Shown here piece by piece: positions 35,452 to 46,427 of a stretch of 64,000 bases of DNA. The stretch spans positions 31,248,001-31,312,000 of the forward strand of contig OX442314.1 in NCBI GenBank assembly GCA_949358305.1. Reading direction: 5' to 3'. The stretch's first letter is position 1, and every line of letters begins with the position of its first letter. Origin of the DNA: Strigamia acuminata (lineage: Eukaryota). The notes under the pieces were generated by a model that saw nothing but the letters and a program-made list of their open reading frames with translations, was not told where the DNA came from and did not search any database. Both the position numbers and the translations under genes were made by a program.

Positions 35452-38307
35452 TCACACTCTTTTTTTCCACATAAACGGCTCGTTCTTGCGTGCTAGGTTT
35501 GTCAGTGGCTTGCACTTGGCTGCATAGCCCGCCACAAACCTTCTAAAATATCCACACAACCCCAAAAAGCTCCTAACTCCTTTTACATCTCTCGGCGTTG
35601 GAAAATTTCTAATGGCGCTTGTTTTCTCCAGCCCTGGTCGTAACCCCTCCGCCGCCAAACGTAACCCCAAAAAATTCACTTCACTGCACAAAAAATGACA
35701 TTTACTTAATTTTAATGTTAACTTCGCCTTTCTCATTTCAACCAATAAAGTTTTCATTTTCTGGAACAACTCATCAACGTTTTTAGCCCCCTGTAATAAA
35801 TCATCCATATATCGTCTCATTATTTCTCTCGGAAGATGGCCAAACGCCATTTCCATCATGCGATTAAAAACAAACGGCGCATTTACGAGCCCGAATGGCA
35901 TTCGAGTAAACTGCCATTTGTTCGCCATTGTTGAAAATGCTGTTTTTCTCTGTGCGCCTTCTGTTAATTCTACCTGGTAATACCCCGCAGCCAAGTCGAA
36001 CACAGAAAAAATTTCCCAATCATGTGTGCCGTCAAAAATCTCCTCAATTCTCGGGCAAGGGAAATGTTCCTTGACCGTCGCTTCATTTAGGCATCGAAAA
36101 TCAATACAGATTCGCATCTCCCCGCTCTTTTTCCGCACCACAACTATCGGACTGTTAAAAGCGCTGTTCGATTTCTTTATAAATCCTGCCCCCTCTAACT
36201 CGCAAATCATTGCGTTGATCTCCCGTTGTTGCGCCGATGAGTATGGATACCGCCTCAAATTTACCGCCCTATCCGTCGTCAATTCAATATCCATTTTCAA
36301 ATTTTCGAATTTCCCTACTTCTAACAAATTTGTTGCAAAACAGTCCCTAAATTCGTTAACTAACTCGACTATTCTCAATTTGTTTTCTTCCGACACCCCC
36401 TCGCCCACTTTAAGATCGTGTAATGTAATAATAGACTCACCCCTCGATTCCCTCGATTCCACTCGCTTCACTTCGCTGCATTGCAACGACGGTGCGTCGT
36501 TAATTGTTTCAACGTGTCCCAATTTCTTTCCTTTGCGCACTCGAACCGCCGACACCCCCCTGTTCATTATTGGTATTCTCGTTCGTCCTTCCTCCACGTT
36601 CGTTACTCCTTCTAACACTTCAAGTCCATCAAAGTTCAAGAGTTCGCTGCACAAATAAACAGTTCCGTCGTCGCCTCGCACCTTCATCTCAATAAAATTT
36701 ATCGAATGTGCGTCGATCACCGTCTCTTCACTCGTCACTAACGCCCTCGGTTTCGTTCGCACCTCCGGTTCGATGCGTCGAAGTCCTCCGTCGATCGTCG
36801 TTGTGTTGCAAAACGAAATTTTCCCGCTCTCCACCGTCATCTTCACGCCCTGATGCTCCATAAATGGCTGCCCCACCCAAATATCCGTCGACATCACCTC
36901 GTCGTCAACAACGTAGAATGGCACCGCATCCACCGCCACGTCGTCCGTTTCCACGCGATATTTCGTGCGACCCAAATAAACTTGTTCATCCTGGTTGACC
37001 CCGTAGTTGAATCCACGAATTTTATACGCAAATTTCGGCTCGTCGATTCCCGCCTGTCTCGCGAACGTCTTGCTGACTAAACACAACTCACTCTGCGTGT
37101 CGATGCCTGCCGTGCACGAGCGTCCCGCGACCGTCATTATTGTTGCGAATTTCGGGATCATAACTTCTCCTACTATCTTCTTGCAGGCGTGCGTCTTCAC
37201 CTCCTTTGGTCTCGTCGATTTCCGCTCGCGTTTCGGCTCTGGACACTTGTTGGCGTAATGCCCGCTCGCATCACAGTTGAAGCACTTGACTTTTGGGCAA
37301 TTTGCAGAAATGTGCCCCGCTTCCTTACACCCAAAGCACCGGGTCTCGCCTGTACACTCGTTGGCACGGTGCCCCTCCTCCCCACATTTAAAACAGGCCG
37401 TGTGTGATTTTCGCACACTTACTTTCTCCCTCGGCACGACCAGCTTTGGTTTAAACTCACTTTTCACTTCACTTTTAACACTCACGTATCTGGACTCGAT
37501 TGTTTTAACGTCTCGAATTATTTCACCGATACTGCTGTATTGTTTCAAATATATTGCACTCATTACTGTTTTGTTTTTCAGTCCGTCCACGATATAATCA
37601 GGCGCCTCCGCCAAACTTAGCTTTAATTTGCTACACACTGCCCACTTCCGATGCACGTACGCTTCAACCGTATCGTCGGGTTTCTGCGGCGCCTGCATCA
37701 TGGCTTGCTTTTCAGCAAGGGTCAACTCCTGGTCGGGGAAATCACGTAGAAAACACCAGGCCCAATCGCTGTAATGGCGCTCCAATTCACCCGTATTTTC
37801 TTGCCAAACTTTGGCCGCTCCTTCCAGGGCCGCCGCTGCGTTCGTCACCTTCGTGGTGTTCGTCCAGTGGTAGTCCTTCGCATATTCCTCGACTATCTGG
37901 AGCCATTCCGTCGTGGTCCTAGTCTGGTCTCGTTCGCCCGAAAATTTTGGCAGTTTCGGTGCCGTTCGCGTCTCGCGCCGCAAGTTTTCTAACTGCATTT
38001 GTGCAATCAGCAACTGTACGGCCTTCTCGGCTCCCGTCGCATTAGCATCTACCGTTTTCTGCGCCTCTCGTAACGGTTGGTCGTCGTCTTCTTCCTCCTC
38101 GTCCTTCTCGTCGGCGACCGTCTCGCCTGCCGCCTTTCGCATCGCTCGCCACATCTCAACCGCCATCTCCGCTTTCCGCTTTCGGAACGTTGTGAGCCCG
38201 AGTTTCTTCATCTCGGGGCGCATTTCCTCCGTTCTCAGGATCAAAAGGTTCTCCACTGTGGGTATTTCGCCTCTCGCAATCATCGCAAGTACCGCCGGGA
38301 TGTCCAT
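35452..38307 (-). CDS. gag-pol: Gag (3 CCHC)-protease-RT
   Basis: Three CX2CX4HX4C knuckles, GIDTQS protease motif, MPFGL, YMDD. Confidence 0.93.
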   Translation of the reverse strand: MDIPAVLAMIARGEIPTVENLLILRTEEMRPEMKKLGLTTFRKRKAEMAVEMWRAMRKAAGETVADEKDEEEEDDDQPLREAQKTVDANATGAEKAVQLLIAQMQLENLRRETRTAPKLPKFSGERDQTRTTTEWLQIVEEYAKDYHWTNTTKVTNAAAALEGAAKVWQENTGELERHYSDWAWCFLRDFPDQELTLAEKQAMMQAPQKPDDTVEAYVHRKWAVCSKLKLSLAEAPDYIVDGLKNKTVMSAIYLKQYSSIGEIIRDVKTIESRYVSVKSEVKSEFKPKLVVPREKVSVRKSHTACFKCGEEGHRANECTGETRCFGCKEAGHISANCPKVKCFNCDASGHYANKCPEPKRERKSTRPKEVKTHACKKIVGEVMIPKFATIMTVAGRSCTAGIDTQSELCLVSKTFARQAGIDEPKFAYKIRGFNYGVNQDEQVYLGRTKYRVETDDVAVDAVPFYVVDDEVMSTDIWVGQPFMEHQGVKMTVESGKISFCNTTTIDGGLRRIEPEVRTKPRALVTSEETVIDAHSINFIEMKVRGDDGTVYLCSELLNFDGLEVLEGVTNVEEGRTRIPIMNRGVSAVRVRKGKKLGHVETINDAPSLQCSEVKRVESRESRGESIITLHDLKVGEGVSEENKLRIVELVNEFRDCFATNLLEVGKFENLKMDIELTTDRAVNLRRYPYSSAQQREINAMICELEGAGFIKKSNSAFNSPIVVVRKKSGEMRICIDFRCLNEATVKEHFPCPRIEEIFDGTHDWEIFSVFDLAAGYYQVELTEGAQRKTAFSTMANKWQFTRMPFGLVNAPFVFNRMMEMAFGHLPREIMRRYMDDLLQGAKNVDELFQKMKTLLVEMRKAKLTLKLSKCHFLCSEVNFLGLRLAAEGLRPGLEKTSAIRNFPTPRDVKGVRSFLGLCGYFRRFVAGYAAKCKPLTNLARKNEPFMWKKRV

Positions 38308-38750
38308 CGTGATTTTTGACGTTCAAAAAAAAACTTTTCGACCACGCGTCGCTGTTTCGCTCTTTTGTCTTGGGTTTTTTAGGCCTCGCGCCGCTTTTCC
38401 CACTCTCTGCTCACGCTGGATTCCGGTTCTGGTCACCACACTTATCTTTTTCAGTTCGCAATTTTGTAGATCATCCCACTTCTGATGTAAAGTTATCGCT
38501 TTTCTCTCTCTCGAAACTTGATGAAAACTAATAAAATCACTTTTGCCAAAATGGCCACACGTCCAGTCAGTCTTATTTTCAAAACAAGAATGTTTTATTT
38601 TACAGAAAATATACAAAGGTCTTTTTAATCTTAATCCTTTTAATCTCTGCTCACATTCCTCGCGTTGGCGCGCGTGTCTTCTTGGCAATCCTGTCGCCCC
38701 CTCGTGTTGTTTTTCCACGTCGCGCTTTTACATTCCACAATTGAAATTAA

Positions 38751-38965
38751 CACTAGAACTGTCAAAGGGGTCATTTTTACCCTTTTGACAGTTTAAAACA
38801 GATGTAACACTAAAAGCAATTGGTTTACAATGCTGTTATTTTTTTACTTTTACTGATTTATGATGCTTTCCATCATAAATCAGAGAACATGGCATTTTTC
38901 CTAAGAAATAATGAAAAAAAAGAGAATTTACTTAGAACTCCCGAAAGGGGTCAAAATGACCCCTT
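38751..38965. mobile_element. piggyBac-like end fragment
   Basis: TTAA|CACTAGAAC start and ggggtca..tgacccc subterminal palindromes. Confidence 0.45.
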
Positions 38966-39257
38966 GCAATAACAGGAACAATACGTACACAAAACGTGCA
39001 CAAAACGTGCATGAATCGTGCAAAATACATAAACAATACGTGTATACAACGTTTTGGCATCAAATTGATTCAATAACAGGCGAAACATGCGAAGAAAATA
39101 GCAAAACAAAAATTGATAGTTTTTATAAAACCTGATAAAATTAAATTTCCGTTTTTAATTTTATCAGGTTTTATAAAAACCATCAATTTTTGTTTTGCTA
39201 TATTTCAAAATGTACGACGATTGTCAATATATTTCAAAATATATTGGCATACATTTT

Positions 39258-39915
39258 GGGTCCGACTAATCGTAGGGCCTTGATCGTAGGGCTTAGGGCG
39301 TAGGGCTCCAGTCGCCAGGAGGGGTTAATCCGCGTGTGTCGGTCCTCGGGCTCCAGAAGTGATCAATTGATAAGCGCAGGGCCCTACGATTGGCGATTGG
39401 CGGGCGTTAGCTGTCGAATGTCGGCCGGTCGTTTTCGCCTCTCGCGCCCGCCGATTGTCGAATGTCGGCCGGTCGTTTTCGCCTCTCGCACCCGCCGATT
39501 GTCGATTGTTGGCCGGACGTTTTCGCCTTTCGCGCCCGTCAACCGTCGATTGTTGGCCGGACGTTTTCGCCTCTCGCGCCCGTCAACCGTCGATTGTTGG
39601 CGGACGTTTTCGCCTCTCGCGCCCGCCGATTGTCGGGCGCGAGAGGCGAAAACGACCGGCCGACATTCGACGGCTAACGCCCGCCAATCGACGCCAATCG
39701 ACGCCAATCGAGAGCTGAAAGAGTCCGGCTAACGCAAGACAATCGACGGCCGCGACATTCGACAGTAGGTCGTAGGGCTTAGGGCGTAGGGCCCTGCGCT
39801 TATCAATTGATCACTTCTGGAGCTCGAGGACCGACACACGCGGATTAACCCCTCCTGGCGACTGGGGCCCTACGCCCTAGGCCCTACGATCAAGGCCCTA
39901 CGATTAGTCGGACCC
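39258..39915. mobile_element. Foldback MITE with ~130-bp TIRs (Merlin- or Mutator-like)
   Basis: GGGTCCGAC termini; 8-bp TSD TACATTTT; internal ~40-bp GC-rich tandem units. Confidence 0.85.
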
Positions 39916-40519
39916 TACATTTTCATACTTTTTCAAATATACCCGTATTTAAATATATTTTGCGACCATATGGGAAGGTTCAAAACCGGTTCACAAATCG
40001 AATTCAACACACTTTGCATATTTGCCATAGTTATTTCGCGAGTTTTTCCACGCACACACACAAATATTCTTTCACTTCTATCGCGGCACGAATGTCCGTT
40101 CGACGCGGGGCGAGCGAAGTCCTACACGTCTCTTCACGTAGCAGCAACGTTATCCTGTCGACTGGCGCCACGTCGGCTTCGTGAAGTTCGACGAAAAGAA
40201 TAAACGACAACTGCAAAACAAACGAAATGGCGAATAAGACAGCTTCTCCTATTGGGCCAGGCATCAGATGTCATCGGCCCGCACCGGCAGGTGCTCCAGG
40301 CGCCGAAACGTCATGCACACGCAACGCACTCGACACACACCAAGCCGTCGCGCCCTCACGACAAGAACGTAAAGTCATCAGAATCTCACCCTCACCCAAA
40401 TAATCTCAGATAAAATAACTGAAATTTATGGGGCGCCGTTTGGGCCAAAAATAAGTCCCAGACGGTATGTTGTAAAATTAAAATATATGGTGTTTTCTTT
40501 TATGATATATAATAATCTT

Positions 40520-41015
40520 TTTGTGTATGGGATAAAGTTTTTGGAGATGGGATAAAGTTTTTGGATGGGATAAAGTTTTTGGATGGGATATAGTTTTTGG
40601 AGATAGAATAAAGTTTTTGGATGGGATAAAGTTTTTGGAGATAGAATAAAGTTTTTGTGTATGAGATAAAGTTTTTGAATGGGATAAAGTTTTTGGAAAT
40701 AGAATAAAGTTTTTGTGTATGGGATAAAGTTTTTGGATGGGATAAAGTTTTTGGAGAAAGAATAAAGTTTTTGTGTATGGGATAAAGTTTTTGGATGGGA
40801 TAAAGTTTTTGGATATAGGAAAAATCGGTTATCGGATATAGAAAAAATCGGATATCGGATATAAAAAAAATCGGATATCAAATATAGAAAAAATCGGATA
40901 TCGGATATAGAAAAAATCGGATATCGGATATAGAAAAAATCGGATATCGGATATAGAAAAAATCGGATATCGGATATAGAAAAAATCGGATATCGGATAT
41001 AGGAAAAATCGGATT
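40520..41015. repeat. Two adjacent minisatellites (gggataaagtttttggat; atcggatatcggatatagaaaaa)
   Basis: Direct tandem arrays with ~18-20 bp and ~23 bp units. Confidence 0.9.
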
Positions 41016-41070
41016 TCGGTGCCATCTGTTACTTCTAAAAAAAATTAAAAAATTAAAGTAAAAATTTTCA

Positions 41071-41140
41071 CAGACAGCAGGATTTGAACCTGTGTGGAAA
41101 GATTCCTAGACCATTGCCTTAACCACTGGACCACCACGAC
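41071..41140 (-). pseudogene. tRNA-Ser-derived relic or SINE head
   Basis: GTGGTCCAGTGGTTAAGGCAATGGTCTAG...CAGGTTCAAATCCTGC (A and B boxes); variable arm deleted. Confidence 0.6.
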
Positions 41141-41499
41141 AAACTATTATTGTCTTCATGTTGGTGAACAAAGTTCTGATGTCATGCAATCATGGAATCT
41201 CAAAAGGGGAAATGACATCATTGAATCTTAAATAAGAAAATTCAACCTGGATCTTGGAACTATTTTTTACCTAGCAACTGTTGTTTACAGTATTCATACA
41301 CTAGGCCTGATTGCTCAGATTGGATGAATACACAGACAAAATAGTGCAAACTTTGAGCTCATTGTTTGCATTGTTGGCTGTTTATGGAATGAAATTATTT
41401 TAGGGTTGCATTCAGCATGATACAACAATTCTCCATGTTTATTATTACAACAATCTGTGAGTATCTTATACATGTGTTCCCCTCGTCAGTTTAATGGAG

Positions 41500-42340
41500 A
41501 TTGAGAAAACTACCGCCGGGGAGGCAGAGATACATTTGGATATGGAAGTTCCTATTAGGAGTCGACCATATCGTGTCCCCGAGGCGCAAGAAGCGGTGTT
41601 GAAAAAGCTTATATCAGAGATGTGTGAGGCAGGGATTGGTTTCGGAGTCAGCTTCTCCGTACTGCTCACCCTGTCTTTTAGTGCAAAAAAGGGATGGGAG
41701 CGCCCGGCTCTGTGTGGATTATCGGAAACTAAACGCACACATGGTCGGGGACGCATATCTCCTTCCGCTCCTCGAGAGCGTTATAGACCGCATAGGTCAG
41801 AATAGGGTCTTAAGTGCCCTGGATGTAAGTAATGCTTTTTGGCAAATCGGTATGAGGAAATGTGATATTGACAAAACTGCGTTCGCCACTCCTTTCGGAA
41901 ATTATGCGAGCCTTGTAATGTCACAAGGTTCTAAGGTTTCGCCAAGCTCATTTCAAAGAATAATAGATTGCGTTTTGAATGGTTTGGGACAGATATCTTT
42001 TGCATATTTAGATGATATTTTGATCTTATTCGCTAATTTCGAACAACATTTAGCGGATGTGGCTCAGGTGTTTCAGCGTTTAAGGAAGGCCAAACTGAAG
42101 TTAAAGCCGAGTAAATGCAAATTTGCAGTGGAGGAGGCAGTATTCTTGGGGCACGTTTTCACCAATGGCACTGTAAGGCCAATGGAAGAACGCACTAAAG
42201 CAGTGACAAAGTGTCCTCAGCCACAGAATGTTAAAGACATACAATCCTTTGTGGGATTCCTGAATTTTTATCGGCGGTTCATACAGGATTTCGCTAAAAT
42301 AGCGCAACCTCTGACCGACCTAACTCGTAAGGAAGTAAAA
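41500..42340 (+). pseudogene. Ty3/Gypsy RT fragment
   Basis: PIRSRPYRVP, RLCVDYRKLN, YLDD, FLGH; truncated by a MITE end. Confidence 0.9.
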
Positions 42341-42360
42341 CTTTTGGGACACCCTGTATA

Positions 42361-43127
42361 CAGGGTGTCCCAAAAGTCTGAACCTCCCCAAGTAATTTCC
42401 AAAATACTTGAGATATCAGAAAACTGAAGAAAAACTCAAGGGGGAAATCTTTCATTGCAAATCTGATGGGATCCTCAAATTTGACCTCAAAGGTCATTTT
42501 CAAGGTCATTCACTTGCTAACTTCTAAACCAATCAGGTTAGAGTAAAATTTCCAATTTCAAAGTTGTAGAGAACCATCTAATTAGTCTAGAACTGTTCTT
42601 AAAAAAATTATTTCTTACTGAAAAGTTTTGAGAAAGGTCTGAAACATTAGTTTACTCAGCTTTGTAACTCAGCTTTGTAACTTAAAACTATTGAGGCAAC
42701 CAAGCTAATCCTCAATTAGGACACTTTATTGGGTCATACTTGTAAGTAGAAGAGAGGAAACACAAAAGAAAGGAAATAATTTATTTTGGAAATACATTCC
42801 ACATGATAGTTTTAGGTTACAAAGCTGAGTAGACTAACATTTCAAACCTTTTTTTCTCAAAACTTTTCCGTAAGAAATAATCTTTTTAAGAACAGTTCTA
42901 GACTAATTAGATGGTTCTCTACAACTTTGAAATTGGAAATTTTACTCTAACCTGTTTGGTTTAGAAGTTAGCAAGTGAATGACCTTGAAAATGACCTTTG
43001 AGGTCAAATTTGAGGATCCCATCAGATTTGCAATGAAAGATTTCCCCTATGAGTTTTTCTTCAGTTTTCTGATATCTCAAGTATTTTGGAAATTACTTGG
43101 GGAGGTTCAGACTTTTGGGACACCCTG
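42361..43127. mobile_element. Palindromic Tc1/mariner-type MITE
   Basis: CAGGGTGTCCCAAAAG TIR, TA TSD; an extra orphan TIR end at 42341-42356. Confidence 0.92.
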
Positions 43128-43400
43128 TATATCTTAAAGAAAAAAAAAAGAAAAAAAAAAAACTCTTGATTCCGGGTAGATATTTTGTTTTGGTTTTATT
43201 TCTGTAGAATTACAATCTGGTTGATGTGACTCCTACGTATGACTCTCACATCAGGGTTTGGAATGGATGCAGGATGTTGCCCTACTGAAGAGAAAAAAAA
43301 AAGAGAAAAAAAAAAAAAATACACAATGTTTGGAAGACATTTTGAGGTGATGGAGAAATCATCAGTTTTAAGCACATACCGACAGAGGGGGTGTGGATTT

Positions 43401-44460
43401 TTAGGTGTGTACGCCGTCAAGCCACATCAACACTTTGGCGATTTCCTCGCTGTGCTCCTTGGCCTCATCTGGAAGGGTTGAGACCGCGGGGATGGTCGAT
43501 AAAGAGGAGGTTTCCACGATGGGGGATTGCTGACCAACCGGCGGCTGAGGCGGAGCGTCGGTGGCAGGAATGATGGTTGATAAGGTGTGCCGAGTCGGAA
43601 GAGTGATGCTGACGGGATTGGTGGGCGGTACAGGAAGTAGGGTGGCCGGTTGTGATTGGGGAATGAGTTGGTGTCGAGTGGTGGAAGGAGTGCCCGGCCG
43701 ACGGCTTGATAGGTTGGGGCCTGGTTTGGCGAAGGAGGGGCGTCGACGACCGCCCCGTGAAATTGCATTGTCCAGGGTAGTGATGATTGGTGGTGTCGGG
43801 CGAAGATTGGAAAGGGCATCACCAGGGAGTCGCTCTTGTCCAAGGTACAGTTTGATCAAAATAAACAGTCCAACCGACAAGACACACGCCCAGAATACAT
43901 AGGATAGAATCCAGCAGATGAGACGGAAGGTCTGAAAAGACAAAAAAGAGAAAGAAAAATATAAGAATAAAAAGATAGATACACAAAATAAAGAAAAAAA
44001 AAATATAAATAAATAAGAAGGGAGAAGAGGAAGAGAAGAGAGGAAAAAATGACACACTTACGGTATTGCGTGGTATCTCGCGCCAGCGATAAGAGTTGGT
44101 AGTGTCAGAGACATCTCGATTTAACGTGCGCCCTCTGCTAAGGGTGGGGCTTGATGAGAGTGGAGGGTGCGACAGGGGCAAACGCGGCGACGAAGTTTTG
44201 GCGGAGGCTCCCAGGACCTCCACGGTCTCGTTAAAAATAACTCGGAGGGTTACCGGCCCCCCGCGAATGGAGTCGGAACGGTCAAACTTCTTACGAGATG
44301 GGATGGTTGGGGGCTCGTGATTGACAAGAGCGTATAAATCTCCGCCGTAGGTGAAGGAAGCGGCAAGGTTGAGTCCTGGCTGAGCTCAATCCCTCGGAAA
44401 ATTGGGTTTGAAATGGAAAGCGCCTTAGGAGTAGAGGTTCGAGGGCTCGTGCTCATGTTG
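43401..44460 (-). pseudogene. Possible spliced single-pass membrane protein with a Thr/Pro-rich tail
   Basis: GTAAGT donor near 44059, polypyrimidine+CAG acceptor near 43932, hydrophobic ICWILSYVFWACVLSVGLFILI; upstream exon frameshifted. Confidence 0.35.
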
Positions 44461-45518
44461 TTAAGTGCAATGCAATGTTTGGATACAGCCATGGTGGAGA
44501 TGGGAGTGCAACTGAGGAGGTAAAGGGATGAACGAGGGGTTTTTATTCATGGTTCGGGAATGAGGTGTGGCGGGAAGATGAGAAACCTGAAATTCTTTGA
44601 TTGCCCCAATGGCAATTGGAGAAAGGAAAAGGAGGGAAGGTCAGGAGAAAGTGCAGGAGTAAACAACGAATTTGGATGGTTGGATCAAGTGGTATCGGTC
44701 AACAGATGAAAAGGAGAGAAGAGAAAAAAAAAAAGAAAAAAAAAGGGGAGAGAAAGAAGGAAAGGGAAAAACTATTAACGGTTGTAGTTTGAATAATCTT
44801 TTTTAAAAAAAAAAAAATTCAGGTTTTAATGGGTGATTGGATTTTAATTGGGAATTGGGTGCCGGAATTCATTAACTTGGTTATTGTGGTTACATTGTAG
44901 ATTTATTTATGGGGTTTTGCATAACGACGGGATAATGTTTACTTATGCAACGTTCTCGTTTGGAGGTGATGGTGAGGTTCATGTTTCTTTTCAAGTGGTG
45001 AGAGGAGGAGGGAGGAGAGCTATGGATGTTTGAGTTGTAAATATCAGGTTCACTGACCTGGGAAAGCGGTTGTGCAAGCGGTGGTGTTTTCACCAATTGA
45101 TTCAGTGGATTTGATGGGATTGAAGTTTTAGTTAATTTTGGAGGGAGAAAGAAACGTGAGTGTAGTTTAATAAGTTTGGACTGGGAAAAAATATATATAA
45201 AAAAAAAAAAATTTTTTTTTGGGGGTAATACATTAATTTGGGCTGTGATAAATTAATGGATTCAATAAAATAAATAAATTGATTAATTAATAAATTTTTC
45301 GAGTTTTAATGGATTATGATTTAGAAGGAAGCAAGATTACGATTTCTTCACAAGTGGTTTGGGAAGGGGGGATCAGGGAGTTGCGGATGCCGGGTCGGGT
45401 GGAGGCGCGGGTGTCGGGTTTTCAAACTCGTGTAAATTACGAGATGCAACTTGATAAACTTCATTGGAATCGCCGGTGAAGAAAAAAAAAGAAAATAATA
45501 ATTATATGTGTGTATATA

Positions 45519-46427
45519 CAGGGTGGAACAAAAGTCTGTTCCCCTCAAATATTTCCTGAGCAATTGCATCTAGGCCAACTTTGATGAAGCAATCATATAG
45601 GAAGTTGGGTGAGAGCAATCCAATGACGTCATCAAATTTGACTTTGAAAGCCATTTTCAAGGTCATTCACTTGCTAACTTCTAAACCAATCAGGTTAGAG
45701 CAAAAAAGTCAATTACAAAGTTGTAGAGCACCATCAAATTAGTACTATCCAATTTATTTTAGTCATTTTATGTTAACTGTTTTCTTTTTAAAAAGGGGGC
45801 AAATCAGCTGAAATAAAGCCAGCCATTGTGACAAAACTTAAATTTCTATTACAAAAATACTGAATTACTTAAATAAACGTATCCAAATGTGCATTATTAT
45901 GCAAGTAAACAAGAAAAACCACTAGGTGCATTCAAAAACTCTAAAACGCCTCTAAAACTCATTTTGGGTTTGTACGTGTAACGTTATTCCCATGTTATTT
46001 AATGGGAATGACGTTACACGTACAAACACAAAACGAGTTTTAGAGGCGTTTTAGAGTTTTTGAATGCACCTACTGCCTTTTTTTAATGCCTCGATAATTA
46101 TCACAAGATAAAAAAAATTTCACTTTGCTGATTTTTTTCTGATTTGTCTCCTTTTTAAAAAGAAAACATTTAACTTAAGATGACTAAGATAAGTTGGATA
46201 GTACTAATTTGCTGGTGCTCTACAACTTTGTAATTGACTTTTTTGCTCTAACCTGATTGGTTTAGAAGTTAGCAAGTGAATGACCTTGAAAATGGCCTTC
46301 AAGGTCAAATTTGATGACATCATTAAATTGCTCTCTGCCAACTTCCTATACATTCGCTTCATCAAAGTTGGCCTAGATGCAATTGCTCAGGAAATATTTG
46401 AGGGGAACAGACTTTTGTTCCACCCTG
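45519..46427. mobile_element. Palindromic Tc1/mariner-type MITE
   Basis: CAGGGTGGAACAAAAG TIR, TA TSD, near-full-length foldback. Confidence 0.92.

Larger units (their letters stand above)
32410..38739 (-). mobile_element. Near-intact Ty3/Gypsy element
   Basis: 5' LTR 38486-38739; 3' LTR 32410-33613 (interrupted); TSD ATTG; PBS TCAGAAGTGGGAT. Confidence 0.95.
31571..39974. mobile_element. Non-autonomous CMC/EnSpm-like TIR element expanded by nested insertions
   Basis: TIR CCCATATGGTCG at both ends; 2-bp TSD AA; subterminal tacattttgaaa-type repeats; removal restores the host gag frame (NLLRCEN). Confidence 0.8.
27981..40363 (-). mobile_element. Old degenerate Ty3/Gypsy element hosting nested insertions
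   Basis: LTR-like ends sharing gtcggcttcgtgaagttcgacgaaa (27981, 40171); PBS TGGCGCC near 40170; gag ATG at 40028 rejoins 31570 in frame; CWQCNE|IGHCSFDC knuckle split by the Copia; protease relic at 28.1-28.7 kb; no TSD found. Confidence 0.7.

Noticed and set aside
33676..38485. Antisense ORFs over gag-pol (also over 56.6-58.6 kb)
   Set aside because: Shadow frames with no independent motif support
40426..41025. 199-aa repetitive ORF
   Set aside because: Translation of minisatellites
41071..41140. Functional tRNA-Ser
   Set aside because: Variable arm deleted and stems mismatched
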